DNA of 32,000 nucleotides from Alkalihalobacillus sp. NPDC127517 (GTDB lineage Bacteria; Bacillota; Bacilli; Bacillales; Bacillaceae_D). The stretch lies in assembly GCA_050276055.1 (NCBI GenBank), contig JBNNQX010000002.1. One strand, written 5' to 3'. Shown in pieces: positions 8,919 through 18,567 of the stretch. Position 1 is the first letter of the stretch, and the number at the start of each line of letters is the position of its first letter. The notes below the pieces were generated by a model, which made no database searches, was not told the origin of the DNA, and saw only the letters and a list, made by a program, of their open reading frames with translations. The translations under genes and the position numbers were made by a program.

Positions 8919-10895
8919 TTGGCAAAATCTCAAATAGAATATAATGATGATGCGATACAAGTATTAGAAGGATTAGAAGCCGTACGTAAACGACCGGGGA
9001 TGTATATCGGAAGTACGGATGCACGTGGCTTACACCATTTGATCTATGAAATTTTAGATAACGCTGTTGACGAAGCAATGGCGGGATTCGGTGATTACAT
9101 AAAAGTAACTCTTCATTCAGACGGAAGTGTCTCGGTTCTCGATAATGGGCGTGGAATGCCTGTTGGAATGCATAAGATGGGTAAACCAACGCCTGAGGTA
9201 ATTTTAACCGTTCTTCATGCAGGAGGTAAATTTGGTCAAGGCGGGTATGCAACAAGTGGAGGCTTACATGGTGTAGGTGCCTCTGTTGTTAATGCGCTTT
9301 CTGAATGGTTGATTGTTGATATTCGACGTGATGGCGAACTGTATCAGCAACAATTTAAAGATGGTGGGAAACCAGCAACAACACTTGAGAAAAAAGGGAA
9401 TACACGAAAGTCGGGAACGGTTGTTCGTTTTAAACCTGATCCGACCATTTTCTCAACAACCACATTTAATACGGAGACTCTTTCAGAGCGTTTACGTGAG
9501 GCGGCGTTTTTACTAAAAGGACTTACGATTGAACTTGAAGATGAGCGCGGATCTGAAACTCTTCAAGAAATCTTTTTCTTTGAAACGGGAATTGAAGCCT
9601 TTGTTAAGTATTTGAATGAAGGAAAAGAATCACTACATCCAGTCATTTCATTTAGCGGTGAGCAAAACGGAATTGAAATGGAGATGTCCTTTCAGTTCCA
9701 TGATGCCTATACAGAGAATGTGTTAAGCTTTGTAAACCATGTGCGTACGAGAGACGGCGGAACACATGAGCTCGGTGCTAAGTCAGCTATGACTCGAAGC
9801 TTTAACGAACATGCAAGAAAACTAAAGCTTCTTAAAGAAAAGGATAAGAACTTAGAAGGTGCAGATATCCGTGAAGGGTTTACAGCCATTATTTCCGTGC
9901 GTGTTCCTGAAGCAAAGCTGCAATTTGAAGGTCAAACCAAAAGTAAGCTTGGAACACCAGAAGCACGCTCCGTGTTAGATAGTGTGGTGTCTGAGAAGCT
10001 TGCGTATTTCTTTGAAGAGAATCCGGATATTGGGACAAGTTTGATTCGAAAAGCCATTAAAGCGTCTCAAGCCCGTGAAGCAGCCAGAAAAGCGCGTGAG
10101 GATTCACGTAATGGCAAACGTAAAAAACGCGATGTCTTATTAAGTGGGAAGTTAACACCTGCACAATCACGTAATCCAAAGCGAAATGAACTATATCTTG
10201 TTGAGGGTGATTCAGCTGGTGGTTCAGCAAAACAAGGACGCGACCGTAAATTCCAGGCCGTTCTTCCGCTCCGTGGAAAGGTCATCAACACGGAAAAAGC
10301 AAAGCTAGATGATATTATGAAAAACGAAGAAATTCGAACAATCATTCATACGATAGGTGCGGGTGTTGGCGCAGACTTCACTATTGAAGACGTGAACTAT
10401 GACAAAGTAGTAATTATGACAGATGCCGATACAGATGGCGCACACATTCAAGTGCTTCTACTAACATTCTTTTATCGCTACATGAAAGAATTATTTGATG
10501 CTGGAAAGATTTACATTGCGCTACCGCCTTTATATAAGGTCAGTAGAGGTGCCGGAAAAAAAGAAGTGGTTGAATATGCGTGGGATGAGCGAGAGCTTGA
10601 TAAAGCAACGAAAAAAGTTGGTAAAGGTTATGCCTTACAGCGTTACAAAGGTTTAGGAGAGATGAATCCTGTTCAACTATGGGAAACAACAATGGATCCT
10701 GAGACAAGAACGCTTATACGCGTAACGCTCGATGATGCTGCAAGAGCTGAAAAGCGTGTGACTACACTAATGGGTGATAAAGTTGAGCCACGTCGTAAGT
10801 GGATTGAATCTCACGTGGCGTTCGGTTTAGAGGAAGAAACAAATATCTTGGAAAATGAGAACTTAGGTGTAACGGAGGGCGAGCAAAATGTCTAA
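8919..10895 (+). CDS. parE: DNA topoisomerase IV subunit B
   Basis: The N-terminus [25 protein letters not shown], the GHKL ATPase and Toprim motifs ([21 protein letters not shown]), and the pairing with a ParC-type partner support the call. The likely start is the TTG at 8919, with AAAGGGG 8 nt upstream. An extended -10-like tgcTACAAT lies at 8880-8888, which argues against the track start at 8877. Confidence 0.9.
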   Translation: MAKSQIEYNDDAIQVLEGLEAVRKRPGMYIGSTDARGLHHLIYEILDNAVDEAMAGFGDYIKVTLHSDGSVSVLDNGRGMPVGMHKMGKPTPEVILTVLHAGGKFGQGGYATSGGLHGVGASVVNALSEWLIVDIRRDGELYQQQFKDGGKPATTLEKKGNTRKSGTVVRFKPDPTIFSTTTFNTETLSERLREAAFLLKGLTIELEDERGSETLQEIFFFETGIEAFVKYLNEGKESLHPVISFSGEQNGIEMEMSFQFHDAYTENVLSFVNHVRTRDGGTHELGAKSAMTRSFNEHARKLKLLKEKDKNLEGADIREGFTAIISVRVPEAKLQFEGQTKSKLGTPEARSVLDSVVSEKLAYFFEENPDIGTSLIRKAIKASQAREAARKAREDSRNGKRKKRDVLLSGKLTPAQSRNPKRNELYLVEGDSAGGSAKQGRDRKFQAVLPLRGKVINTEKAKLDDIMKNEEIRTIIHTIGAGVGADFTIEDVNYDKVVIMTDADTDGAHIQVLLLTFFYRYMKELFDAGKIYIALPPLYKVSRGAGKKEVVEYAWDERELDKATKKVGKGYALQRYKGLGEMNPVQLWETTMDPETRTLIRVTLDDAARAEKRVTTLMGDKVEPRRKWIESHVAFGLEEETNILENENLGVTEGEQNV

Positions 10896-13329
10896 AAGTG
10901 AACGTTATCTTGATCTTCCGTTAGAAGAAGTCATCGGTGATCGATTTGGACGCTATAGTAAATACATTATTCAGGAACGTGCATTACCAGATGCAAGGGA
11001 TGGATTAAAGCCTGTTCAACGCCGAATTCTGTACGCGATGTACAAAGAAGGGAATACAGCGGAAAAGGCATATCGTAAATCAGCAAAAACAGTCGGTAAT
11101 GTCATTGGTAATTATCACCCCCATGGGGACTCATCTGTTTATGAAGCCATGCTACGAATGAGCCAAACATGGAAGGTGCGTCAATTACTCGTTGATATGC
11201 ATGGAAATAATGGTTCAATTGATGCAGATCCACCAGCAGCCATGCGTTATACAGAAGCCAGACTATCTGCTATTAGCTCTGAACTACTCCGTGATTTAGA
11301 TAAAGACACTGTTGAGTTTATAGATAACTTTGATGATACCGAACAGGAGCCAGTTGTTCTTCCGGCTGGGTTCCCGAACTTATTAGTTAATGGTTCTACA
11401 GGCATTTCTGCTGGGTATGCAACAGATATACCCCCGCATAACCTACGTGAAATTATTGATGGTGTGATTATGCAGATGGAAAAGCCAGATACGACGCTTG
11501 ATGATCTTCTTCAAGTGGTAACAGGTCCTGACTTTCCTACAGGGGGGATTGCTCAAGGTCTTGATGGCATAAGACAAGCTTATAAAACAGGTAAAGGCAA
11601 AGTCGTTGTTCGTGCCAAAACTGAATTAGAGGATTTACGTGGTGGTCGCCAGCAAATTGTTATTACTGAAATTCCATTTGAAGTGGTGAAAGCCAATCTA
11701 GTCAAAAAAATGGATGAAATCCGTTTTGATAAAAAAGTAGATGGCATTACAGAGGTTCGAGATGATACGGACCGAACAGGACTGCGAATTGTCGTTGAAT
11801 TAAAGAAAGATGCAGATCCAAATGCGATTCTTCACTATCTATTTAAGAATACGGATCTACAAACAACGTTCCACTTTAATATGGTTGCGATTTATCATAA
11901 GGCCCCACAATTAATGGGACTTCAAGCATTAATTCAAGCGTACATAGATCATCAAAAATCCGTTGTTAAACGTCGCTCTGAATATGAACTCAGAAAAGCG
12001 AAAGCGCGGGAGCATATTGTAGAGGGTTTAATAAAAGCTGTTTCAATTCTTGATGAAGTCATCAAGGTCATTCGTGCCTCGCAAGATAAACGGGATGCAA
12101 AGAATAACTTAATTGATTCCTTCTCTTTTACTGAAGAACAAGCAGAAGCCATCGTTAACCTACAACTTTATCGTTTAACGAATACGGATGTGACAACTCT
12201 TCAAAATGAAGCTGAAGAGCTAAAGAAACGTATTGAAGAGTTAGAAGCAATTTTATCAAGTGAGAAGAAGACGATTCAAGTAATCAAAAAGAATTTAAAA
12301 CGTGTGCAAAAAGAGTTTGGGGAAGATAGACGAACTCAAATTACTGCCCAAATTGAAGAATTAAAGATTAACATGGATGTCCTTATTGCATCAGAAGACG
12401 TACGAGTCACCGTCACGGATTCTGGATATTTGAAGCGGACAAGCTTACGATCCTTCACAGCATCTAGTAAAGAGCCACCTGGTATGAAGGAAGGAGACCG
12501 CGTACTCTTTAATAAGGAGTTAAATACGACGGATACCTTGCTCCTATTTACCAAACAAGGTAACTATCTCTTTATACCTGTCCATCAACTGCCAGATATC
12601 CGCTGGAAGGACAATGGACAGCATGTAGCAAATCTAGTAACGCTTGATCGAGACGATGAATTTTTATGCGCAATGGGTGTGAGGGAATTTACAGAAGAAG
12701 ATTCCCTGCTATTTGTCACAAAGGATGGTATGGTCAAACGCTCTCAGTTATCCCTTTACCAAGCATCAAGACACTCAAAAGCGTTAGTTGCATTAAAAGT
12801 AAAAGACGGCGATCAGCTTATCTCTGTTATGAGGACAAAGGGAACCAGCGAAATATTCCTAGCAACAAATCAAGGATATGGACTGTGGTTTGGGGAAGAG
12901 GAAGTCTCATTGGTTGGTCAACGTGCAGCTGGTGTGAAAGCCATTAATTTAAAAGAAGACGATACCGTAGTTGGTGCAGAAACCTTCTCATTAGACGAAA
13001 AGGTGGAATTTATACTTGCGACACAACGGGGTTCAGTAAAGAAAATGGCGATTACTGAAATGGAAAAAAGCTCAAGAGCTAAACGTGGGCTAGTCATGTT
13101 ACGCGAATTAAAAAGCAACTCGCATCGTTTAGTAGGCTGTATGCGGATTTTAGCACCGACAGACGAGTTTTTACTGCGTACTGAAAAAGGAACGGAAACA
13201 ACCATCCAGGCAAAATCATATCGACCTAGTGATCGATATAGTAATGGCTCTTATGCTGTTGATACGCAAAAGGAAGGATCACTAACGGAAATGAAACGTC
13301 TTCCGAATAGGGTCGATGAAAAGGAGTAG
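10888..13329 (+). CDS. parC: DNA topoisomerase IV subunit A
   Basis: The N-terminus [42 protein letters not shown] matches recalled B. subtilis ParC rather than GyrA. The active-site region [10 protein letters not shown] is present. The gene overlaps parE by 8 nt. Confidence 0.9.
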   Translation: MSKSERYLDLPLEEVIGDRFGRYSKYIIQERALPDARDGLKPVQRRILYAMYKEGNTAEKAYRKSAKTVGNVIGNYHPHGDSSVYEAMLRMSQTWKVRQLLVDMHGNNGSIDADPPAAMRYTEARLSAISSELLRDLDKDTVEFIDNFDDTEQEPVVLPAGFPNLLVNGSTGISAGYATDIPPHNLREIIDGVIMQMEKPDTTLDDLLQVVTGPDFPTGGIAQGLDGIRQAYKTGKGKVVVRAKTELEDLRGGRQQIVITEIPFEVVKANLVKKMDEIRFDKKVDGITEVRDDTDRTGLRIVVELKKDADPNAILHYLFKNTDLQTTFHFNMVAIYHKAPQLMGLQALIQAYIDHQKSVVKRRSEYELRKAKAREHIVEGLIKAVSILDEVIKVIRASQDKRDAKNNLIDSFSFTEEQAEAIVNLQLYRLTNTDVTTLQNEAEELKKRIEELEAILSSEKKTIQVIKKNLKRVQKEFGEDRRTQITAQIEELKINMDVLIASEDVRVTVTDSGYLKRTSLRSFTASSKEPPGMKEGDRVLFNKELNTTDTLLLFTKQGNYLFIPVHQLPDIRWKDNGQHVANLVTLDRDDEFLCAMGVREFTEEDSLLFVTKDGMVKRSQLSLYQASRHSKALVALKVKDGDQLISVMRTKGTSEIFLATNQGYGLWFGEEEVSLVGQRAAGVKAINLKEDDTVVGAETFSLDEKVEFILATQRGSVKKMAITEMEKSSRAKRGLVMLRELKSNSHRLVGCMRILAPTDEFLLRTEKGTETTIQAKSYRPSDRYSNGSYAVDTQKEGSLTEMKRLPNRVDEKE

Positions 13330-13356
13330 GCCCATTAGGCTTACTCCTTTTTTTTG
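13321..13356 (+). terminator. Intrinsic terminator after parC
   Basis: A 12-bp stem forms between aaggagtaggcc and ggcttactcctt with one G:U pair. A T8 run follows. The structure overlaps the parC stop codon. Confidence 0.7.
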
Positions 13357-13369
13357 ATATGAGACAAAG

Positions 13370-13394
13370 GTTTATAACCATTTGAGAGGGGAAT
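13370..13394 (+). promoter_or_regulatory. SigB-type promoter candidate (GTTTAT-13 nt-GGGAAT)
   Basis: The sequence matches the B. subtilis SigB consensus GTTTaa-N12-15-GGGwAw. It sits 25 nt upstream of the start codon of the DksA/YocK-like gene. Confidence 0.5.
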
Positions 13395-13419
13395 AGATAG
13401 TATAAAGGAGGCGCTACAT

Positions 13420-13905
13420 ATGCCATTAACAGACAAACAAATTCAATCCTTAAAAGAGGATTTGCTAACACTTAAAAAGAATCTTGAAGGGGATGAAGGC
13501 TTCAAGGAGGACTATACAGAAACAACAGGTGAGCTTTCTAGTGGAGTGGACAACCATATGGCTGATCAAGCAGCCGAATATGAGGATCGCATGAAAGAAC
13601 AAACATTCCAGCGTGCGGATCAAGAGAAGCTACAGGAAGTAGAAGATGCGTTAGAGCGAATGGAGGAAGGGACATACGGTATATGCGTGGATACGGGAGA
13701 GGAAATACCGTACGAGCGCTTAGAAATTGTACCCTTTACAAAGAGAACCATAGAAGCGCAACAAAAAGTAGATCAAGAAGGTTCAGACCAAATGGCTGAT
13801 CAACAATTTGCTGAGGCTATGGACAATGTGGCTGATCAAGATACATTACGTGAAGATACCTTAACAACAAAGAAACTTGATAAAGAGCAAGACGCATATC
13901 GTTAA
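13420..13905 (+). CDS. TraR/DksA-family protein (YteA/YocK-like) with a cysteine-poor finger
   Basis: There is a coiled-coil N-terminal part with ADQAAEYEDR, followed by LE.ALERMEEGTYGIC..TGEEIPYERLEIVPFT, typical of the yteA family. A strong AAAGGAGG SD precedes the start. Confidence 0.75.
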   Translation: MPLTDKQIQSLKEDLLTLKKNLEGDEGFKEDYTETTGELSSGVDNHMADQAAEYEDRMKEQTFQRADQEKLQEVEDALERMEEGTYGICVDTGEEIPYERLEIVPFTKRTIEAQQKVDQEGSDQMADQQFAEAMDNVADQDTLREDTLTTKKLDKEQDAYR

Positions 13906-13910
13906 ATATT

Positions 13911-13943
13911 AAAAAGCATTTCTCTAGTTGAGAAATGCTTTTT
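13911..13943. terminator. Bidirectional intrinsic terminator between convergent genes
   Basis: A perfect 14-bp stem forms between aaaaagcatttctc and gagaaatgcttttt with a 5-nt loop. The A-run and T-run lie within the arms. Confidence 0.75.
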
Positions 13944-13945
13944 GC

Positions 13946-15070
13946 TTATTCTTCTTGCTTCCAGCCATCTCGGATAAACTGCCCAATAGAGGTCGTTAAG
14001 CCAATGTCATGGAAAATCATAATTAACACTAATACTAACGGGCCAACAATAATACCTGCAGCTCCTAAAAGTTGAAGACCAGCAAACATCGAAATTAAAA
14101 CAGCTACTGGATTTAAATTTAAACTACTTGATAATACCTTTGGTTCAATCATCTGACGAATAATCACGATAATTCCATATAAAATCAAAATACCGAATGC
14201 TAGAGAAAAATCGCCACTGATCAATAAGTAAATCGCCCATGGTAGCAAAATTGTGCCTGTGCCTAGATAAGGCAGTAGTTCTGCAAGCCCAACAATAATC
14301 GCTAATGTAAACGCACCATCCACACGAATAATGAGAAGACCGATATACACGATGATGGCAGTGATAAACATTAAGATGACTTGAGCCCGAATAAATCCAA
14401 ACAAACGAATACGCACACCTTGAACAAACTCCTGAAACTTACTTCGCACTCTAAGGGGAATGACCTTTCTAAAGGCAGCTTGATAGCTATGCCAGCTTTT
14501 ACCCATAAAGTAAATACTAATAACACCAAATAAGAAAGCAACAAGAAAAGCGGGAAGCCCTAAAATAATTTGATACGTCCAGTCAAGTAAGGATTGGCCT
14601 GTTTGCCCGATAAGAGAGCCTAATTGACCTCCCAATTGAGAAATACTTTGCTTTAAAGCCTCCTGTTGCGTGCCATCAAGACTGTTAAATAATCCGAGTC
14701 CTTGCTGCCAGAAGGGGAGAATCGTTTCATTAAAGAAGCTTTGAAACTTAATGGAGCCTGTTTCAATCCACATTGGGACCTGGTCGAAAAATCGTCTTAA
14801 ACTAATGTAAATAAGAAAAACAATCCCGGCTAGTAATGACGAAATGATGACCACACCGGATAACAAACTAATAATGCTAGCAAAGCCTGACTTTAGTTTT
14901 ACCTTTTTCATGAGTAGCCTAATAAAGGGCTGCATGGTCCATGCAAAGAAAGCAGCAAACCAAAAAGGATAAGTGACTTTAAATAATTTAATAAAAAGCC
15001 AGCTTGCTAAGATGAGTGCGAGCGTAAATAAAATGGCTCGTAGTACCATGTAGGCTTGAGCTTTGGTCAT
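13946..15070 (-). CDS. ytvI: AI-2E family transporter, YtvI-like sporulation integral membrane protein
   Basis: The multi-TM protein carries the conserved C-terminal block LPYLGTGTILLPWAIYLL..G....A.GILILYGIIVIIRQMIEPKV. The ATG at 15070 has a GAAAGGA SD. The track TTG at 15127 lies only a few nt from the predicted transcription start of the promoter below. Confidence 0.75.
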   Translation of the reverse strand: MTKAQAYMVLRAILFTLALILASWLFIKLFKVTYPFWFAAFFAWTMQPFIRLLMKKVKLKSGFASIISLLSGVVIISSLLAGIVFLIYISLRRFFDQVPMWIETGSIKFQSFFNETILPFWQQGLGLFNSLDGTQQEALKQSISQLGGQLGSLIGQTGQSLLDWTYQIILGLPAFLVAFLFGVISIYFMGKSWHSYQAAFRKVIPLRVRSKFQEFVQGVRIRLFGFIRAQVILMFITAIIVYIGLLIIRVDGAFTLAIIVGLAELLPYLGTGTILLPWAIYLLISGDFSLAFGILILYGIIVIIRQMIEPKVLSSSLNLNPVAVLISMFAGLQLLGAAGIIVGPLVLVLIMIFHDIGLTTSIGQFIRDGWKQEE

Positions 15071-15139
15071 AGAATGTATCCTTTCTGATGTTATGCGAGA
15101 AGTACCGGTTTTAATTGTATGAGCCAAGTATTTCCTTAT

Positions 15140-15168
15140 ATATTAATTCCCTTAAAATGTCCTGTCAA
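15140..15168 (-). promoter_or_regulatory. SigA-type promoter (TTGACA-17 nt-TAATAT) for the ytvI-like gene
   Basis: On the minus strand the -35 is TTGACA (15168-15163), the spacer is 17 nt and the -10 is TAATAT (15145-15140). Confidence 0.55.
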
Positions 15169-15183
15169 ACATGAATCAAATTG

Positions 15184-15212
15184 AAAAAGAAACACTCTAA
15201 AAAGAGTGTTTC
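15184..15212 (-). terminator. Intrinsic terminator after motB
   Basis: A perfect 10-bp stem forms between gaaacactct and agagtgtttc with a 4-nt loop. A U-run follows on the minus-strand RNA. Confidence 0.7.
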
Positions 15213-15219
15213 AGACACC

Positions 15220-16038
15220 TTATTCTGCAAATTCTGTTTCTAGTCGTTCTCTCTCTACGTTAAATGGAAGAATTAAAATTTCTACACGCCGGTTTTGTTG
15301 ACGACCTTCATCGGTATCATTTGAAACAATAGGCTTGTATTCGCCGTGACCCGCTACAATAAACTGATTTGGGTTTAAGCGATCATTCATTAGGAAAAAA
15401 CCTAATACATTCTCAGCACGAGCAATACTTAATGACCAGTTTGACTGAAATTGTGGTGTACTAATTGGATTATCATCAGTGTGACCTGAAATTTGAATAT
15501 ACCGTGGCGGATCTGTTGCTAGCATATCAGAAATCTCAAAAACCATATCTCGACCTTCATCTTTGAGGCTATCACTACCAGAATCAAACAAGATATTATC
15601 ATTTATTGTAATGAGGAGGCCGTCCATACCTATTTCCGTTGTAAGGCGATCACTTAATCCTTGTTCTTCAATGTAGCGATTCAACTCACGTTGTAGCTCC
15701 CATAAATCTTCAGATGGACCTTCTTGATTTGTACCGTCCTGATCGGTTTGTTGATCATTTTCAGCATCATTTATTTCATCTAAGTCAGTCACCTCTGCAG
15801 CATCTTCAGGAGGAGAGGTTCCTTCGCCCTCTAATGAATCAGAGTTCTCTAGAATGCTTGTTCCACCCAAAGCATCGTTTAATGCAGACTTTAATGATTC
15901 GTAGCGTGTATTATCCACTTGGCCCATTGCAAACAAAATGATAAAAAGGGCGAGTAGTAAAGTAAGCATGTCGGCATAAGGTAAAAGCCAACTCTCATCT
16001 ACATGCTCTTCGTCGTGTTTTTTACGTCTAGCTGACAT
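15220..16038 (-). CDS. motB: Flagellar stator protein MotB (OmpA-like C-terminal domain)
   Basis: The N-terminus KKHDEEHVDESWLLPYADMLTLLLALF includes the conserved stator Asp. The C-terminal OmpA/PG-binding motifs are ISGHTD, SNW.LS..RA and NRRVEILI. The sequence closely parallels recalled B. subtilis MotB. The gene overlaps motA by 11 nt. Confidence 0.85.
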   Translation of the reverse strand: MSARRKKHDEEHVDESWLLPYADMLTLLLALFIILFAMGQVDNTRYESLKSALNDALGGTSILENSDSLEGEGTSPPEDAAEVTDLDEINDAENDQQTDQDGTNQEGPSEDLWELQRELNRYIEEQGLSDRLTTEIGMDGLLITINDNILFDSGSDSLKDEGRDMVFEISDMLATDPPRYIQISGHTDDNPISTPQFQSNWSLSIARAENVLGFFLMNDRLNPNQFIVAGHGEYKPIVSNDTDEGRQQNRRVEILILPFNVERERLETEFAE

Positions 16039-16822
16039 TTTCCTGCTCAGCTCCTTCTATGTAGGAAAGCTGTTCTTTTTCCCCCATATATACACTTAAA
16101 TATTCTTCAATGGCTCGAGGAGAACTACCGTTTAAGATGGCAATTGTACCTTCAACAATCATATGGTTATGTAGTACTTCAGCTCTTGATTTGCGTTTTA
16201 GTTTATTTGCAAAGGGATGGAAGAGAACGTACCCTAAAAAGATACCAAACAGTGTTGCAACAAACGCAGCAGCAATGGAATGACCTAATGCTTCTGTATC
16301 ATCAAGGTTTCCAAGTGCAGCAATTAATCCAAGCACAGCACCTAACACTCCTAAGCTAGGTGAATATGTTCCAGCTTGAGTAAAGATAGAGGCACCCGAT
16401 GCGTGGCGGTCTTGCATTGCATCAATTCGTTCATTTAATGTGTGACGAATAAACTCTGGCTCTTGACCATCAATCATCATTCGAACAGCTTGTTTAAAGA
16501 ACGGGTCATCAATCTCATCAACCTTTGACTCTAATGCAAGCATACCTTCACGACGTGAAATCGTTGCATATTCTACAAATTGCTTAACTAGTTCTTCCTG
16601 GGACACTTGCTTCTTTTCAGTAAATAACACTTTAAATAAACTAGGAACGCGCTTCACCTCAGCGAAAGGGAAGGCGATCATAATTGCAGCGGCTGTTCCG
16701 GCAAAGATGATCAGAATAGCAGCAGGGTTCACGAGAACGGCCAAACTGGTTCCTTTTGCAACCATTCCAAAGAGTACGGCAGCGACTCCTAAGGCAATTC
16801 CGATATATGACGTTTTATCCAT
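16028..16822 (-). CDS. motA: Flagellar stator protein MotA
   Basis: MDKTS.IGI...PAAILII.AGT, IFTQAGTYSP.LGVLGAV.GLIAAL and AAAFVATL.GIF.GYVL.HPFANKLKRKS match recalled B. subtilis MotA far better than MotP. A strong AAGGAG SD precedes the start. Confidence 0.88.
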   Translation of the reverse strand: MDKTSYIGIALGVAAVLFGMVAKGTSLAVLVNPAAILIIFAGTAAAIMIAFPFAEVKRVPSLFKVLFTEKKQVSQEELVKQFVEYATISRREGMLALESKVDEIDDPFFKQAVRMMIDGQEPEFIRHTLNERIDAMQDRHASGASIFTQAGTYSPSLGVLGAVLGLIAALGNLDDTEALGHSIAAAFVATLFGIFLGYVLFHPFANKLKRKSRAEVLHNHMIVEGTIAILNGSSPRAIEEYLSVYMGEKEQLSYIEGAEQENVS

Positions 16823-16968
16823 TATGATTCTCCTTAAAAATAAATGATTTCATTCAGTATACTATACTTAAGTCCTAGTAAGTAAGAATGGTTTAACATT
16901 CTCATAAAATGCTTGCTTCGACTTATAATTTTACCATTTTTTGCGTGAAAATAAGGAAGAATGGCGTG

Positions 16969-16995
16969 TAAACAAACAGAGAAAGCTGCCGATAT
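16969..16995 (+). promoter_or_regulatory. SigD (sigma-28) promoter, exact consensus TAAA-15 nt-GCCGATAT
   Basis: TAAA lies at 16969-16972, the spacer is 15 nt and GCCGATAT lies at 16988-16995 on the plus strand. The promoter is in the motA-divergent intergenic region and reads towards the gene at 17273. Confidence 0.6.
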
Positions 16996-17272
16996 CGCTC
17001 ATAAGTAGATGTTGGTAAACGTCAAAAGGAGTTTTAGTTTGTCATTTTATTAGGTCTATATACTTATGTAGAGATTTAGAGTGTAAATCTTTGGTTATCT
17101 CTAAAAAACTTTCCTTAACAATTCTAAACAGACTAAACATCTAGGTATATAGAAGCGAAAAAGGAGTACTTTACGATTTAGACGTTTTATTGTTTATGAA
17201 TATGGTACACTGTGTATTAATGTGAAATTAGAGTGCATCTTTAATTCATTTAAATAAAGGGAGTACAGGTTA

Positions 17273-18139
17273 ATGATTAAAGAAGCGATATCTACATGTA
17301 TCTTGTTACTGTGCATGTGTATTCTGTTGTCTTGTGTGAACAAGGATTATCCTACAGAAGAAGTGAAAGAGACAAATCAATTTTCAATAGAAGATAAAAT
17401 TCAGCAAATAAAGGAAGACTTAAATGGGTTAAAAAGTGTAAGTATAGACTCAGCTCATATTCAAGCTATTAAAAAAGGCGATCATAAAGAAGATCGAATT
17501 GTACAGAACCGTTTAGCCCAATACAATGATTCACCATTTGTGCTGTATCAACAAATTGACACAACGCAATCATCGGAATCAACTTTAGATGATCAACAGA
17601 CTCAAATCGCGCATTATCTAACAAATGACTTAGCATATATTTATAATCAACATTCAGAAGTATGGATGAACGTGCCAATTGAGCTGCGTGAAGATCTTAA
17701 TATACACCATGATCCTAAAGCAGAACTACAACAATATCTCATGATTGTAGAAGAATATAATCAAGAGATGAACATGGAGGAATCTGCAGACGAATATAGG
17801 CTATGGTTCAAAGGAGAAGGGATGGAGGTAAGATCTGCAGTGATCCACTCCTTAGAACTAAGTAGTCTTATAAATGAAAAACAATCGTCTGATTTAGTGA
17901 ATCACATGGAAATAAGAGATTTACACTTTAGTGTAAGCATCGATAAAGAATCGAATATGATTAACGAGATGGATATTAACATTCAGCTTGCTATGAAGCA
18001 TAATGGAGAACAAGTTGACATGGAGTTAGAAACACATTTAACTGTTCGTGACTTTAATGAAACCGAATTAGATGGCATTCCTGAGGATATTATGGAAGGC
18101 GCCGAAGAATACAGAATGGAACTTGGGAACATTGAATAA
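17273..18139 (+). CDS. Putative lipoprotein, acidic, unknown function
   Basis: The signal peptide carries a lipobox (CILLSC, Cys within LLS-C). An AAAGGGAG SD precedes the start and a terminator follows. I cannot assign a family with confidence. Confidence 0.7.
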   Translation: MIKEAISTCILLLCMCILLSCVNKDYPTEEVKETNQFSIEDKIQQIKEDLNGLKSVSIDSAHIQAIKKGDHKEDRIVQNRLAQYNDSPFVLYQQIDTTQSSESTLDDQQTQIAHYLTNDLAYIYNQHSEVWMNVPIELREDLNIHHDPKAELQQYLMIVEEYNQEMNMEESADEYRLWFKGEGMEVRSAVIHSLELSSLINEKQSSDLVNHMEIRDLHFSVSIDKESNMINEMDINIQLAMKHNGEQVDMELETHLTVRDFNETELDGIPEDIMEGAEEYRMELGNIE

Positions 18140-18152
18140 TCGTAAACGATCA

Positions 18153-18194
18153 AAAAATCGCCTTAAGAAGCATAAATCTTAATGGCGATTTTTA
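18153..18194 (+). terminator. Intrinsic terminator after the lipoprotein gene
   Basis: A stem forms between aaaatcgccttaag and cttaatggcgatttt with one bulge, and a T-run follows. Confidence 0.6.
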
Positions 18195-18282
18195 TTTGAA
18201 TTGTATAACCATATATCTAATTTTTTTCTTTCATCTCAAAACAACAAGAATACTTAGTTTGTGAGATATAAATAGGTTATTT

Positions 18283-18316
<34 letters not shown>

Positions 18317-18382
18317 TAGAAAATTATTAAACTGATGAACTCTTTAATACGTCTACTTTCCTTCTCGATTAACTTATGTATT

Positions 18383-18427
18383 AAAAATGAGGAGAAACAT
18401 AGATAATCAATGTTTCTCCTCATTTTT
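18383..18427. terminator. Perfect 17-bp hairpin with flanking A5/T5 runs (bidirectional terminator-like)
   Basis: The arms aaaaatgaggagaaaca (18383-18399) and tgtttctcctcattttt (18411-18427) are exact reverse complements with an 11-nt loop. Confidence 0.55.
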
Positions 18428-18567
18428 ATAATTGGTTACACTGGAGCCACGGGACTTCCCTTGTTATAGTATTATAAGTAACAGTGTAACCTAATTAACA
18501 TTGGGGAGTTCTCGTGCTTTCAGAGTAATAGTAAGTAACATAAGCTGTTTGTATTCCTTATTGCTCA

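Noticed and set aside
8833-9255. A 140-aa minus-strand ORF overlapping the parE 5' region. Similar antisense ORFs lie inside other genes (for example 2411-2734, 5900-6193, 10067-10345, 12918-13205, 23787-24314, 27599-27913 and 30163-30414).
   Set aside because: Each lies entirely or largely antisense to a strongly supported conserved gene. They have no SD, and their composition is low-complexity or unlike real proteins. They are typical shadow ORFs.
16028-16822. Calling the stator pair MotP/MotS (the Na+-type stator).
   Set aside because: Both proteins align much better with recalled B. subtilis MotA and MotB than with MotP and MotS. Ion specificity cannot be decided from sequence by eye.
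16988-16998. Reading the GCCGATATCGC element on the minus strand as the SigD promoter of motA.
   Set aside because: The minus-strand reading is GCGATATCGGC, which does not match GCCGATAT. No TAAA lies 15 nt upstream on that strand. Only the plus-strand orientation fits the consensus.
18410-18469. A 19-codon hydrophobic ORF (MFLLIFIIGYTGATGLPLL) that starts in the loop and right arm of the 17-bp hairpin, with its putative SD (GAGGAG) sequestered in the left arm. This is reminiscent of a type I toxin.
   Set aside because: The SD-to-AUG spacing is about 15 nt, which is too long, and no promoter is visible upstream. The palindrome itself forces the same MFLLIF reading on both strands, so the hydrophobic start is a by-product of the hairpin sequence.
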